Positions 54,802 through 63,786 are shown, counted from the stretch's first letter. The stretch is 64,000 nt of DNA from Parcubacteria group bacterium GW2011_GWA1_56_13 (GCA_001004905.1 LCRY01000002.1:269873-333872), one strand, 5' to 3'. The notes: generated from the letters alone by a model not told the origin. Made by a program: numbers and translations.

Positions 54802-55278
54802 ATGACGTCAAAAAATACCATTTGCCTCTGGTTTGATAAGGATGCGCAGGGCGCAGCGGACTTTTATGCCGCTACGTTTCCCGACAGCAAAGTAGGTACT
54901 GTTTTCCATGCACCCAGTGATTTTCCTGATGGCAAAAAAGGCGATGTGCTTACGGTAGAATTTACCGTCTGCGGAATTCCGTGTATCGGTCTGAACGGCG
55001 GTCCTGCGTTCAAGCAAAGCGAGGCATTTTCTTTTCAAATCGCGACGGATAATCAGGAAGAGACGGACCGCTATTGGAATGCAATCGTGGAAAACGGCGG
55101 AAAAGAGAGCGCGTGCGGATGGTGCAAGGACCGCTGGGGAGTATCATGGCAGATTACGCCGCGAACGCTCACCGAGGCACTCGCCGCTGGCGGCGCAGAG
55201 GCAGAGTGTGCCTTTAACGCGATGATGACAATGAGAAAAATAGACGTCGCCGCTATTGACGCCGCCCGACGGGGTTAA
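54802..55278 (+). CDS. VOC/PhnB-like (3-demethylubiquinone-9 3-methyltransferase family) protein
   Basis: CLWFD, LNGGPAF, QEETDRYW, CGWCKDRWGVSWQI. Confidence 0.9.
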   Translation: MTSKNTICLWFDKDAQGAADFYAATFPDSKVGTVFHAPSDFPDGKKGDVLTVEFTVCGIPCIGLNGGPAFKQSEAFSFQIATDNQEETDRYWNAIVENGGKESACGWCKDRWGVSWQITPRTLTEALAAGGAEAECAFNAMMTMRKIDVAAIDAARRG

Positions 55279-55386
55279 GAAGAACGTCCTGGGACGATGT
55301 TTGAACTATGTTAACCAAACGCGAACGAAAAATAAAGGGCGGCCATCTTTCGAGTGGTCGCCCCTTGTCACACGGCGCGTATGGAC

Positions 55387-55665
55387 TTATTTCTTTTTCG
55401 CTCGCCTCCGCGAGTTGGTCACATACTCCCTTTCCGCAACCTCGAGAAGATGTTGGGTCAGCCTCAGTAGCCACTCATTACCATCGGAGCGTCCGTACAA
55501 CTGGAGGAGACGTTGCTGGAACGCCGACAAGCCGTTCCAATTCTTGAACACCTCGTCAGTCGCACTGGGCTCGACGCAATGCTCGAATTGAAACATTGAT
55601 CCGTCGATCGTAAAGCGAAGGCCGAGCCGGTAATTTTCATACTTCAAGAAGAAAGTTTGGGGCAT
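55387..55665 (-). CDS. Orphan small protein
   Basis: GGAGGTG SD; TTGACA-16-TATGCT promoter; terminator near 55328-55365. Confidence 0.65.
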   Translation of the reverse strand: MPQTFFLKYENYRLGLRFTIDGSMFQFEHCVEPSATDEVFKNWNGLSAFQQRLLQLYGRSDGNEWLLRLTQHLLEVAEREYVTNSRRRAKKK

Positions 55666-55743
55666 ATCACCTCCGCAGTTGCCCAATGTTGATAATGAAA
55701 CCCTGCTGTTAGCATACATTATTTAAACATGATGTCAAGTTTT

Positions 55744-55784
55744 GCTGCCGGGTTTGGATTCGAACCAAAATTAGAGACCTTCAG
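55744..55784 (-). repeat. tRNA-Gln-like 3'-half remnant (att-like)
   Basis: CTGAAGGTCTCTAATTTTGGTTCGAATCCAAACCCGGCAGC resembles the 3' half of the tRNA at 56360. Confidence 0.65.
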
Positions 55785-56187
55785 GGAAAAGCAACTTTAC
55801 GGTCGCTTTAATGATTTCCTGGTGGTCGCCTTGTGCTTGTTCGAGGGTGACGGCAACCTGATCGAGGGTAAATCCCTCGAACCTGGGTTTCAATTCGTTA
55901 ATGTCGCAGAGGGTAAGAAAGCACAGCGTCGCCGTTCTCTTGTTTCCATCGGTAAACAGGTGATCATTGATGAGGAAATAGAGATAGGCAACCGCCTTCT
56001 CCTCGGGAGAGGGATACGCTTCTACTCCGAAATATGAGTTATTTATATTCGCGACGATCGCGTCGGCCTTGGCCTCCGCATCTTGCGTCAGTGGGAACGA
56101 GACAAGGCCTCGGCTATGAAGCAGAGTGTAAATCTTGCAAACGCTGCTTGACGTTAGTAGTTCGAATGTCTTTCTTGCCGGCGTCAT
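55771..56187 (-). CDS. Fic/Doc family protein
   Basis: HLFTDGNKRTA Fic motif. Confidence 0.88.
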   Translation of the reverse strand: MTPARKTFELLTSSSVCKIYTLLHSRGLVSFPLTQDAEAKADAIVANINNSYFGVEAYPSPEEKAVAYLYFLINDHLFTDGNKRTATLCFLTLCDINELKPRFEGFTLDQVAVTLEQAQGDHQEIIKATVKLLFPEGL

Positions 56188-56302
56188 AATCACGCAGGGA
56201 TTCAATCACGTCACGGTGCCGATTGAGCTGCCGTTCAGCAACCTTCACGACCTCTTTTTGAGGGGTCTGTTTATTCTTCGTAGATTTGAGGAACCCTAAC
56301 AT
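56114..56302 (-). CDS. Small protein overlapping the Doc gene, putative antitoxin
   Basis: ATG 6 nt after TATACT; position upstream of Doc. Confidence 0.55.
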   Translation of the reverse strand: MLGFLKSTKNKQTPQKEVVKVAERQLNRHRDVIESLRDYDAGKKDIRTTNVKQRLQDLHSAS

Positions 56303-56359
56303 GCACTAAGTATACCATAACGCCCTATAACCGCTAAACGAGGGCTCTCCTGCACACAG

Positions 56360-56430
56360 CTGGGGGACTTGGAATCGAACCAAGATACTGGGCTTCAAAG
56401 GCCCATGTCCTACCGTTAGACGATCCCCCA
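56360..56430 (-). tRNA. tRNA-Gln(TTG)
   Basis: TGGGGGA.../...TCCCCCAG cloverleaf, loop CTTTGAA. Confidence 0.92.
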
Positions 56431-56473
56431 GCCGTGCGCACGAATTTCAAAGGCCGCTCGGATAAACTCTACA

Positions 56474-57559
56474 CTATTTTTGCTTCTCGTCCGCGAACAG
56501 TTCGAGGACGGCGAGCTCCAAGGGGAGCGCAGGGATGGGCGCGTAGCGGATGCGCTCGGCGGCGGTAAGGAACGCGAGCATCGCCGCGTGCGTAATGCCC
56601 CCTGCCCCGAGCTTTGTCGAGGGGTCCTCTTTGCCTGCACTGAGCGGAGTCGAAGTGGCGAATTTCTCAAGCGCGGAAAATTCGTCCGCGCCGAGCTCGT
56701 CGGCGAGCGAGGCGCGCAGCTCGGGTGCGTAGCGGATGAGGAGCGTGGCGCGCAAGGCCTCAAGCACGAGCTCCAGGAAAATCCTCATATCCACGTCGGC
56801 TTTCGCCGCCTGCTCGATAGCCGCAAGCGCCTTGCCGCGCTCGCCGCGGGCGAGCGCGGCTATGAGCGCGTGTACGTGTTCCCTCCTCGGCGCTCCGGTA
56901 GCGGCTTCCACCGCCTCGCGCGAGAGCGCCTTCCCTTCCGCGCCGGCAAACACTTTCTGCAGTACCGAGAGCGCGTCGCGATAGGAGCCGTCGCCCAGGA
57001 TCGCGATGAGCTCGGCGGCGTCGCTCGCGAGAGCATATCCTTCCTTCTTCGCGACCACCGATGTCATTTTGGCGAGCACGGCGCGCGTCGGCTTCTTGAA
57101 CTCGAACACCTGACAGCGCGATTGCACCGTGTCCGGCACCTTCTCGAGCTCGGTCGTCGCGAGGATGAAGACCGCGTGCGCAGGCGGCTCTTCAAGCGTC
57201 TTCAAAAACGCATTCCACGCGCTCTTCGAGAGCATGTGTGCCTCGTCGAGGATATACACCTTGTAGGGAGAGCGGAACGGCAACGTGTACACGCCCTCGG
57301 TGAGCGCGCGAATATCCTCCACGCTGTTATTGCTCGCCGCGTCTATCTCGTAGAGGTCGTTTTCCTTGCAGCCGATGGCCTCCGCGAAAATGCGCGCGAC
57401 CGAGGTCTTCCCGAGCCCGCGGCTCCCCGCAAACAGATACGCGTGGCCTATTTTTTTTGACTTCGCCGCCTCCTCGAGCGGCTTCGTGACCTGTTCCTGT
57501 CCCAGCACATCGCTAAACGCCGCCGGGCGGTAAACCCTATAGAGTGCCTGATGCGCCAT
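56474..57559 (-). CDS. dnaX: DNA polymerase III gamma/tau
   Basis: ALYRVYRP, GSRGLGKTS, EIDAASN, DEAHML, LKTLEEPP, SRC. Confidence 0.96.
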   Translation of the reverse strand: MAHQALYRVYRPAAFSDVLGQEQVTKPLEEAAKSKKIGHAYLFAGSRGLGKTSVARIFAEAIGCKENDLYEIDAASNNSVEDIRALTEGVYTLPFRSPYKVYILDEAHMLSKSAWNAFLKTLEEPPAHAVFILATTELEKVPDTVQSRCQVFEFKKPTRAVLAKMTSVVAKKEGYALASDAAELIAILGDGSYRDALSVLQKVFAGAEGKALSREAVEAATGAPRREHVHALIAALARGERGKALAAIEQAAKADVDMRIFLELVLEALRATLLIRYAPELRASLADELGADEFSALEKFATSTPLSAGKEDPSTKLGAGGITHAAMLAFLTAAERIRYAPIPALPLELAVLELFADEKQK

Positions 57560-57649
57560 GACGGAAGTATACAGGGCGTCGGCAAAGCAGGATAGGCGTA
57601 CAAAGAAGCGGCCGGCTGGTTTTATCCAGTCGGCCTTGTGCAGGAATGT

Positions 57650-57997
57650 CTAACGGGCGGCCCTGTGGCGCATCTCGGCCAACGTCCCCTCGACAATCGC
57701 GCTTATCTTCTCGACCAGTTCCTCGGCCTCCGCAATTTCTTCCAGGAGCAAGGCTTGGGCCGCCTTGTTGCTTTCCGGGATGTAGTAATGGCCGTTCTGT
57801 TCATCGAACGCTTCAAGGGCCGATAGTTTTGATTTCAGCTCTCTCACTTCCCCATCAAGCCCGTGAAGCTGTGCCTGCTGCACACGAAAGAGATGAGCGA
57901 CATTGCCGACCTGCAGCGGCTCTTCTTTCTGCCCCCTCTCCGACGATAGTGCTTGAGGGATGCGTCCTCGCGTCCGTGTGAAAAACGCCGTCGCCAT
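57650..57997 (-). CDS. Orphan coiled-coil protein
   Basis: GGGAGG SD; terminator near 57602-57635. Confidence 0.6.
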   Translation of the reverse strand: MATAFFTRTRGRIPQALSSERGQKEEPLQVGNVAHLFRVQQAQLHGLDGEVRELKSKLSALEAFDEQNGHYYIPESNKAAQALLLEEIAEAEELVEKISAIVEGTLAEMRHRAAR

Positions 57998-58116
57998 GAT
58001 GAACCTCCCTAAAATGTTCAGTCGTGCCCGGGGAGAGTGTACGCTCCCCTTATGGGTTCCGCAATATGAATGAAACAGCCGACTGCTCGTGCAGTCGGCC
58101 GCAGTGCAAGCACCGC

Positions 58117-58329
58117 TTAGTTCGAGATCGTCGACTTGACGGGCATGTCCAGTTCGGTAGAGGGGCTGGCGATGCTAAGCGTCCTGCGGATCGCGCCGAC
58201 ATGAAAAGCCATCGTCGCCGCCCACTCCCGCGTCGCACCGGCGACCAGAGTCCTGTCGCTGGTTTCCTCGATGCGTTTGGCAAGCTTATCGAGCTCGCCT
58301 AACGAATGCAGCAGAGTTTCCGTGTTCAT
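58117..58329 (-). CDS. Orphan small protein
   Basis: AGGAGG SD before MNTETLL. Confidence 0.55.
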   Translation of the reverse strand: MNTETLLHSLGELDKLAKRIEETSDRTLVAGATREWAATMAFHVGAIRRTLSIASPSTELDMPVKSTISN

Positions 58330-58369
58330 CGTATTCCCTCCTCTCGTTGTGTACCGTCCGCACCCAACA

Positions 58370-59347
58370 CTATCGGGACGAGGCAGTGGCGTCAAGCACG
58401 ATCTTTTCTATCCCGTCCGCGTCGTCGGCTTCCATCAGTTTCGCGCGCAATTCGGCGGCGCCGGGAAAATCGGCGACGAACGCTTTGGTGTGCTTTTTCA
58501 GGACGGCGAAATGCTTCGGCGGTGAAAGTTTCTCGAAGCCGTGCGCGAGCTCGACAAGCGCGGCGAGCTTTTCGGAAAGCGGTATCTCCGCGCCGTTCTT
58601 GCCCACAAAGACCCATGGATTGCCGAACATGGCGCGGCCGAGCATCGCGCCGTCGCATCCCGATTCGCCTACTTTCAGCCGCGCGTCGCCCAGGTCGCGC
58701 ACGTCGCCATTGCCGATGAGCAACACGTCCGGATTCACCCGGTTGCGTATCGCCACCGCCTTTTTCATCTGCTCCCAGTCGGCCGATACGAGCGACAGCT
58801 CTTTGCGCGTGCGCAAATGGAGCGTGATGGCCGCCGGCGAGGCCTTGAGAAGAACGGTCAGCCACTCATCGAGCGATTCTTTGTTGTATCCGATGCGCGT
58901 CTTCACCGACACCGGCAGCGGGCTCGCCTCTTGCGCCGCGCGGATGATGGTCGCGGCGAGTTCCGGATTCTGTATCATGGCCGCTCCGGCTCCTTGCTTC
59001 TCGATACTGCGGTCCGGACAGCCCATGTTGATATCCACGCCGTCGAAGCCGAGCGCCGCGGCGAGCTTCGTTGCGTAGGAGATCATGTCGGGCTTCGACG
59101 AGAATATCTGCGCGATGATGGGCCGCTGGCCGGCCTCGAACGAGAGTTCCCGCATGAGCGGATTTTCGTCATCCTTCATTTTTTTCACCTCACGCGTGTG
59201 ATACAGGCCGTCCGCCGAGACGAACTCGGTCCAAAACACGTCCGGCTTGCCGCGCGAAGCCACGAGCGCGCGAAAAGCGGCATCGGTGACGTCCGCCATG
59301 GGAGCGGCGACAAAAAACGGCCTTGGGAGCTTTTGCCAGAACGACAT
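58370..59347 (-). CDS. dusB: tRNA-dihydrouridine synthase
   Basis: APMADVTD, TEFVSA, DINMGCP, VSVKTRIG, GNGDV, MLGRA; subfamily assignment tentative. Confidence 0.9.
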   Translation of the reverse strand: MSFWQKLPRPFFVAAPMADVTDAAFRALVASRGKPDVFWTEFVSADGLYHTREVKKMKDDENPLMRELSFEAGQRPIIAQIFSSKPDMISYATKLAAALGFDGVDINMGCPDRSIEKQGAGAAMIQNPELAATIIRAAQEASPLPVSVKTRIGYNKESLDEWLTVLLKASPAAITLHLRTRKELSLVSADWEQMKKAVAIRNRVNPDVLLIGNGDVRDLGDARLKVGESGCDGAMLGRAMFGNPWVFVGKNGAEIPLSEKLAALVELAHGFEKLSPPKHFAVLKKHTKAFVADFPGAAELRAKLMEADDADGIEKIVLDATASSR

Positions 59348-59523
59348 GCCGGTAACACTATCAAAAATCCCCGCCTCGCCTAGTGCCCACCCGATTCCGT
59401 GCCTCCCTGCGGGAGGGGTGCGGGGGCGGCCACCAACGCACGAAACAGCACCGGAGCCGCCGTTTATGGCGGCCTGGCCCAAGGGACAGTGACGACCGGT
59501 TCTCGGTCCTCTCCTGTCCCTTT

Positions 59524-60405
59524 TTATTTTCTTTTTACGTACACTTTGCCGTCGAAACGCAGGTCAACGTATTCAAGAGAACCATCCGAGAGGTTCAGAT
59601 TTTCGCGCGCGGAGACAAGCGCGGTAAAGGCGTCCTGCTCATGCCCGAGCACATAGGTCACGCGGGTACCGCTTGCAAGATAATCATTCACTTCGCCGTC
59701 GTGGATAGCGATGCGCGTTGTCGGTGAACCGAGCGTCGCGAGTTCGCGCGCGAAATCGAACACGGCGGGAAGTTTTTCAGCGTCCGCAATGGTTGCCTCG
59801 AGCGGTTCGGTTTCGCTCGCCGCAGGCGGCCCGCCCCGAGCAGGATCGAGGGGCGCGTATACGGCGAAAGCGTTCACCGTCTGGGTCGAAGACGCGGCGG
59901 CATAGATAAAGCCGCTCGCGTCAAAGACGTAGCACTGCTCTTCGGGCGGCCCCGCCTGTGGCGGGGTCGCCGAACCGCACCAGCGTGCGATGGGAGTCCG
60001 GGTGTCTACTTTTAGCGAGAGGCCGGTAAAGCCGTTCCGGAATATTGAAACGGCGGCGATATTCCGATGAGCGGCGAGGATGCCGGAACGGATGCCGTCT
60101 TCAGGGAAGAAAAAAATCGAATCGCGCGGGATGATGCCCCAATACCACCCATGCATCGCGTCGGTCACGTAGCGCGAAAGCGAGGCATCCGCGCCTGCCT
60201 GCCCTGCATGCGCAGGCATGGCAGACAGGCCGAATATCTCGACATGCGAAATGCGCACGGCGCTCTGCCGCAGGCCGTATACCGTCGCGAAAAGCAGGAC
60301 CAAACACAGTACGAAAAACGCGAAGAGGACGCGGCGCCGCCGGGAGCGGCGGCGCTTAGCAAGCCGTTCGATGCTACGCTCCGCCGATGATGCTCTTCCC
60401 AACAT
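59524..60405 (-). CDS. FtsQ/DivIB-like cell division protein
   Basis: Basic N-terminus, TM, POTRA-like region, C-terminal LEYVDLRFDGKVYVK. Confidence 0.8.
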   Translation of the reverse strand: MLGRASSAERSIERLAKRRRSRRRRVLFAFFVLCLVLLFATVYGLRQSAVRISHVEIFGLSAMPAHAGQAGADASLSRYVTDAMHGWYWGIIPRDSIFFFPEDGIRSGILAAHRNIAAVSIFRNGFTGLSLKVDTRTPIARWCGSATPPQAGPPEEQCYVFDASGFIYAAASSTQTVNAFAVYAPLDPARGGPPAASETEPLEATIADAEKLPAVFDFARELATLGSPTTRIAIHDGEVNDYLASGTRVTYVLGHEQDAFTALVSARENLNLSDGSLEYVDLRFDGKVYVKRK

Positions 60406-61639
60406 ACGGCACGAGAGCTTCCGGTACCCTGATGGTGCCGTCTTCCTGTTGATAATTCTCGATAATGGAGACCAGAATGCGCGGTGTAGGAATGGCCGTC
60501 GAATTCAGGGAATGGGGGAACCGCATATTTCCTTCGGAGTCGCGGTAGCGGATGTTAAGCCGGCGTGTCTGGAAGTCGTGGAAGTACGATGCGGAGCTTA
60601 TCTCGCGGTATTTTTTCTCTCCGGGAACCCAAAGCTCGATGTCGTATTTCTTGACCTGCCCAAGTCCCAAATCGCCGCCGCAGTTCGCGACCATGTGATA
60701 CGGGATTTTCAAGAGCTCGATGAATTCTTCGGTATTGCGGTTCAACCATTCGTGCGTGCGGACCGATTCGTCGTGTTCCGCTCTGCAGAGAACGACCTGC
60801 TCCCATTTGAAGAATTCATGCACGCGGATGAGACCCCGCACGTCTTTGCCGTGCGCACCCGCCTCTCGGCGAAAGCAAGGGGAAAATGCGAGAAATTTCA
60901 CGGGAAGCGCGCTCGCCTCAAGCGTCTCGTTCATGTAATATCCCATCGTCGCGACTTCGCCCGTGCCGGCCAGGTATTCGCCGTCCTGCGTTTTGTAAAG
61001 GTCTTCTTCGCCTTGCGGCAGATAACCGGTGCCCATAAATGATTCGCGGCGCACCAAACTGGGCACGCTCATGAGCGCCAGTCCCTTCGCGGAGAAATGC
61101 TTTAACGCCAACTGCCAGACCGCATTCGCCAAGAGGACGCCGTCGCCTTTAAGAAAGTATCCCCGAAAGCCGGCGACTTTCGCGCCCCTCTCAAAATCGG
61201 CGATATCGAGCGCCGTCATGAGCTCCACATGGCTTTTCGGCTCGAACGAGAATTGCGGGAGCGTACCCCACTTCCTGACTTCGAAGTTGTCGGCATCGCT
61301 CTCGCCGTCGGGCACCGACATATCCGGCACGTTCGGCACCATGAGCATCAGCTTTTGCCACTCGGCCATCACTTCCTTCAGCTTCTCCTCCTGCTCGCTC
61401 ATGCCGTTTTTCAGGTGCCGCATCGCCTCGAGCAGTTTTTCGCGCTCCTCCCCTTCTGCGTTCCGCATCTCGCTACTGCGCCGCGTCTGTTCCGCGCGCT
61501 TGGTATCGAGCTCGAGCCGGATGCGTTTGCGCTCGTCGTCGACGGCGAGGAGGCGGTCAATATCGACGTCAATGTGCTTCTTTACGGCGCCCGCTTTCAC
61601 GATGTCCGCGTTCTCCCGGATAAAATGTATGTCGAGCAT
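60374..61639 (-). CDS. serS: Serine--tRNA ligase
   Basis: MLDIHFIREN, FRREAG, GLIRVHEF, EISSAS, HSLNST. Confidence 0.97.
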   Translation of the reverse strand: MLDIHFIRENADIVKAGAVKKHIDVDIDRLLAVDDERKRIRLELDTKRAEQTRRSSEMRNAEGEEREKLLEAMRHLKNGMSEQEEKLKEVMAEWQKLMLMVPNVPDMSVPDGESDADNFEVRKWGTLPQFSFEPKSHVELMTALDIADFERGAKVAGFRGYFLKGDGVLLANAVWQLALKHFSAKGLALMSVPSLVRRESFMGTGYLPQGEEDLYKTQDGEYLAGTGEVATMGYYMNETLEASALPVKFLAFSPCFRREAGAHGKDVRGLIRVHEFFKWEQVVLCRAEHDESVRTHEWLNRNTEEFIELLKIPYHMVANCGGDLGLGQVKKYDIELWVPGEKKYREISSASYFHDFQTRRLNIRYRDSEGNMRFPHSLNSTAIPTPRILVSIIENYQQEDGTIRVPEALVPYVGKSIIGGA

Positions 61640-61699
61640 GTGCCAACCAGTATAAAACGAAAGCCCACGAGAAGCACGGGGCTTTCGTGGACAGGCGGT

Positions 61700-61963
61700 T
61701 CATCGTACGGCGGGCACGCGGCGCCAAAACGGCGTATCACAGGTAATCGTGATCTTGTGGCCGCCTACGCCTCCTTCTTGCTCGACAACGAGTTTCTCAT
61801 CATCGAGCATGATCTTGCAACGTTTGGGATCAAGACCGTAGCTCGCTACGAACGTACGCCCGGACATACGGCCGGGTATGCGAGAAGCTCTCCACTCCGA
61901 AAGGAGCGCGGTAATGATCTCGAATTCTTCCAACTTGAGCGTCAGATCCGGATCTGGCATCAT
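61700..61963 (-). CDS. Orphan small protein
   Basis: GGGAG SD; terminator near 61654-61688. Confidence 0.55.
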   Translation of the reverse strand: MMPDPDLTLKLEEFEIITALLSEWRASRIPGRMSGRTFVASYGLDPKRCKIMLDDEKLVVEQEGGVGGHKITITCDTPFWRRVPAVR

Positions 61964-62075
61964 CGTCTCTCCCGCAACGGCATTTGTTTGAAATAGGAGC
62001 GGATACCTTAAAAGAACTGCTCAGTATCCGCGCACTATGGTAAATAACGCATCATAAATATACGATGAGCTCTCC

Positions 62076-62100
62076 TACTTGGCGGTTCCACCGCCAAGTA
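62076..62100. repeat. Palindrome ACTTGGCGGT-n3-ACCGCCAAGT, copy 2
   Basis: Same core as 20250-20278. Confidence 0.8.
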
Positions 62101-62135
62101 ACTGCCACGGGGAGGAGATGATTTATACTGGTCGC

Positions 62136-62990
62136 ATGGAAGTACGGGAATTGAGACGAAGCGAATGGCCGAAGCAATTGCAGGAGATTCCGCAGCCGCC
62201 GAAACGGCTCTGGATACGGGGCTCCCTGCCGGCTGCCGGAACGAAGATCCTTGCGGTCGTCGGTAGCCGTGCGATGACGCGCTACGGGCAGGAGGCCTGC
62301 GAAAAGCTCATCGCCGGGCTTGCGGGCTACCCCATTTCCATCGTGAGCGGGCTGGCGCTCGGCGTGGACACCTGCGCGCACAAGGCGGCGCTCTCCGTCG
62401 GCCTCCATACCATCGCCATTCCCGGTTCGGGGCTCGACGATTCGGTCATCAGCCCGCGCACCAACCTGCTCGTGGCGAACAATATTCTCGCAAAAGGCGG
62501 CGCGTTGGTGAGCGAACACGAGCCACGGTACGTTCCGCGCGCGTACGATTTTCCCTCCCGCAATCGCATCATGGTCGGGATGAGCGACGCGGTCCTCATC
62601 GTGGAAGCGGGACCGAAATCCGGCACGCTTATCACCGCGCGCCTCGCCAGCGAATACAATCGAGAACTGTTGTGCATACCTCACCGCATCGGCGATGTAC
62701 ACGGTTTCGGACCGCACCTGTTCATCCGCCTCGGCGCCGCGCTCGCGTCCGACTCGCTGCACATCCTCGAGGCGCTCAAGATACCGCCGCGCGAAGCGCC
62801 TGCGGGCGCGGCGCCGAGCGACCTTGAGGACACGGAGCTCGTTATCTGGAATATGCTCGAAGAGCCGCAGACGCGTGACGAGATACTTCGCGCAAGCAGC
62901 CACGGCGCAGGCGACGCTCTCACCGCGCTTGTCGCGCTCGAGCTCCGAGGCCTTATACGCGAAGAATTCGGCGCATGGCGCAGGATATAG
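62136..62990 (+). CDS. dprA: DNA-processing protein DprA
   Basis: AVVGSR, IVSGLALGVD, FPSRNRI, VEAGPKSGTLITA. Confidence 0.95.
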   Translation: MEVRELRRSEWPKQLQEIPQPPKRLWIRGSLPAAGTKILAVVGSRAMTRYGQEACEKLIAGLAGYPISIVSGLALGVDTCAHKAALSVGLHTIAIPGSGLDDSVISPRTNLLVANNILAKGGALVSEHEPRYVPRAYDFPSRNRIMVGMSDAVLIVEAGPKSGTLITARLASEYNRELLCIPHRIGDVHGFGPHLFIRLGAALASDSLHILEALKIPPREAPAGAAPSDLEDTELVIWNMLEEPQTRDEILRASSHGAGDALTALVALELRGLIREEFGAWRRI

Positions 62991-63012
62991 TTCGACTACC
63001 CCCACTAATACA

Positions 63013-63786
63013 ATGACCATTTATTCCTGGAACATCCTGTACCGAAATCGCCGACTTGACCGCGTATTCTCATTTATCGCGCAAAGCGATTTCGATATTT
63101 TTTGCCTACAAGAGGTGCCGGAATATTTTCTTAAACGGCTGCAAACCCTTCCCTATTCCATCGCGTACCGCACCGACGTCGAGCGGCTTTTCAAGCGGGA
63201 TATCGTCCGCAATTTCAACGTCATACTGTCTCGGCATCCCATCACTGCGCAGGGTGAAATACCGCATGACGAGTACTGGCCGCTCCTGCCGTTCTATACG
63301 CGCTTTTTCGTGCGCCTCATACCGTCGTTCAGCAAGGTCCGCAACCGCGGCGGCCTGTACGCCGATATAACAGCGAACGCAGTCTCTCTGCGCATCTTCA
63401 ATCTCCACCTCATCCTGGCCCATCCCGCGTGGCGGCTGAAAGAATTCGAAGCGGCGATGGCAAAACGCGATGCGTCCCGGCCGACGATCGTGTGCGGCGA
63501 TTTCAACACGCTTGAGGCGCGGCATATCGCCCCGCTCAACTGGATCCTCGGCGGCCGCATAAGCGATGCGCTGTTCCATAGGCGCGAGCGCATCCGCATT
63601 GAACAGCGCTTCGTCGAACACGAACTGGTCAACGCTCTTTCCGGAGAGATCACTCACCCCTTCTCCCGCTCTCAACTGGACCACATCCTCGTTTCCCAGT
63701 CGCTGTCCATCAAACATGCGGAGGTGTTGCGGGACCGCATGGGCTCCGACCATCATCCGATACGGGTCGAACTTGCTCCGATGTAA
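63013..63786 (+). CDS. Endonuclease/exonuclease/phosphatase family protein
   Basis: SWNI, CLQEV, NLHL, CGDFN, LDHI, SDHHP. Confidence 0.9.
   Translation: MTIYSWNILYRNRRLDRVFSFIAQSDFDIFCLQEVPEYFLKRLQTLPYSIAYRTDVERLFKRDIVRNFNVILSRHPITAQGEIPHDEYWPLLPFYTRFFVRLIPSFSKVRNRGGLYADITANAVSLRIFNLHLILAHPAWRLKEFEAAMAKRDASRPTIVCGDFNTLEARHIAPLNWILGGRISDALFHRRERIRIEQRFVEHELVNALSGEITHPFSRSQLDHILVSQSLSIKHAEVLRDRMGSDHHPIRVELAPM

Noticed and set aside
59375-59525. SRP RNA (ffs), expected near dnaX
   Set aside because: The conserved helix-8 motif (CAGG..GGAA..AGCAG) was not found on either strand
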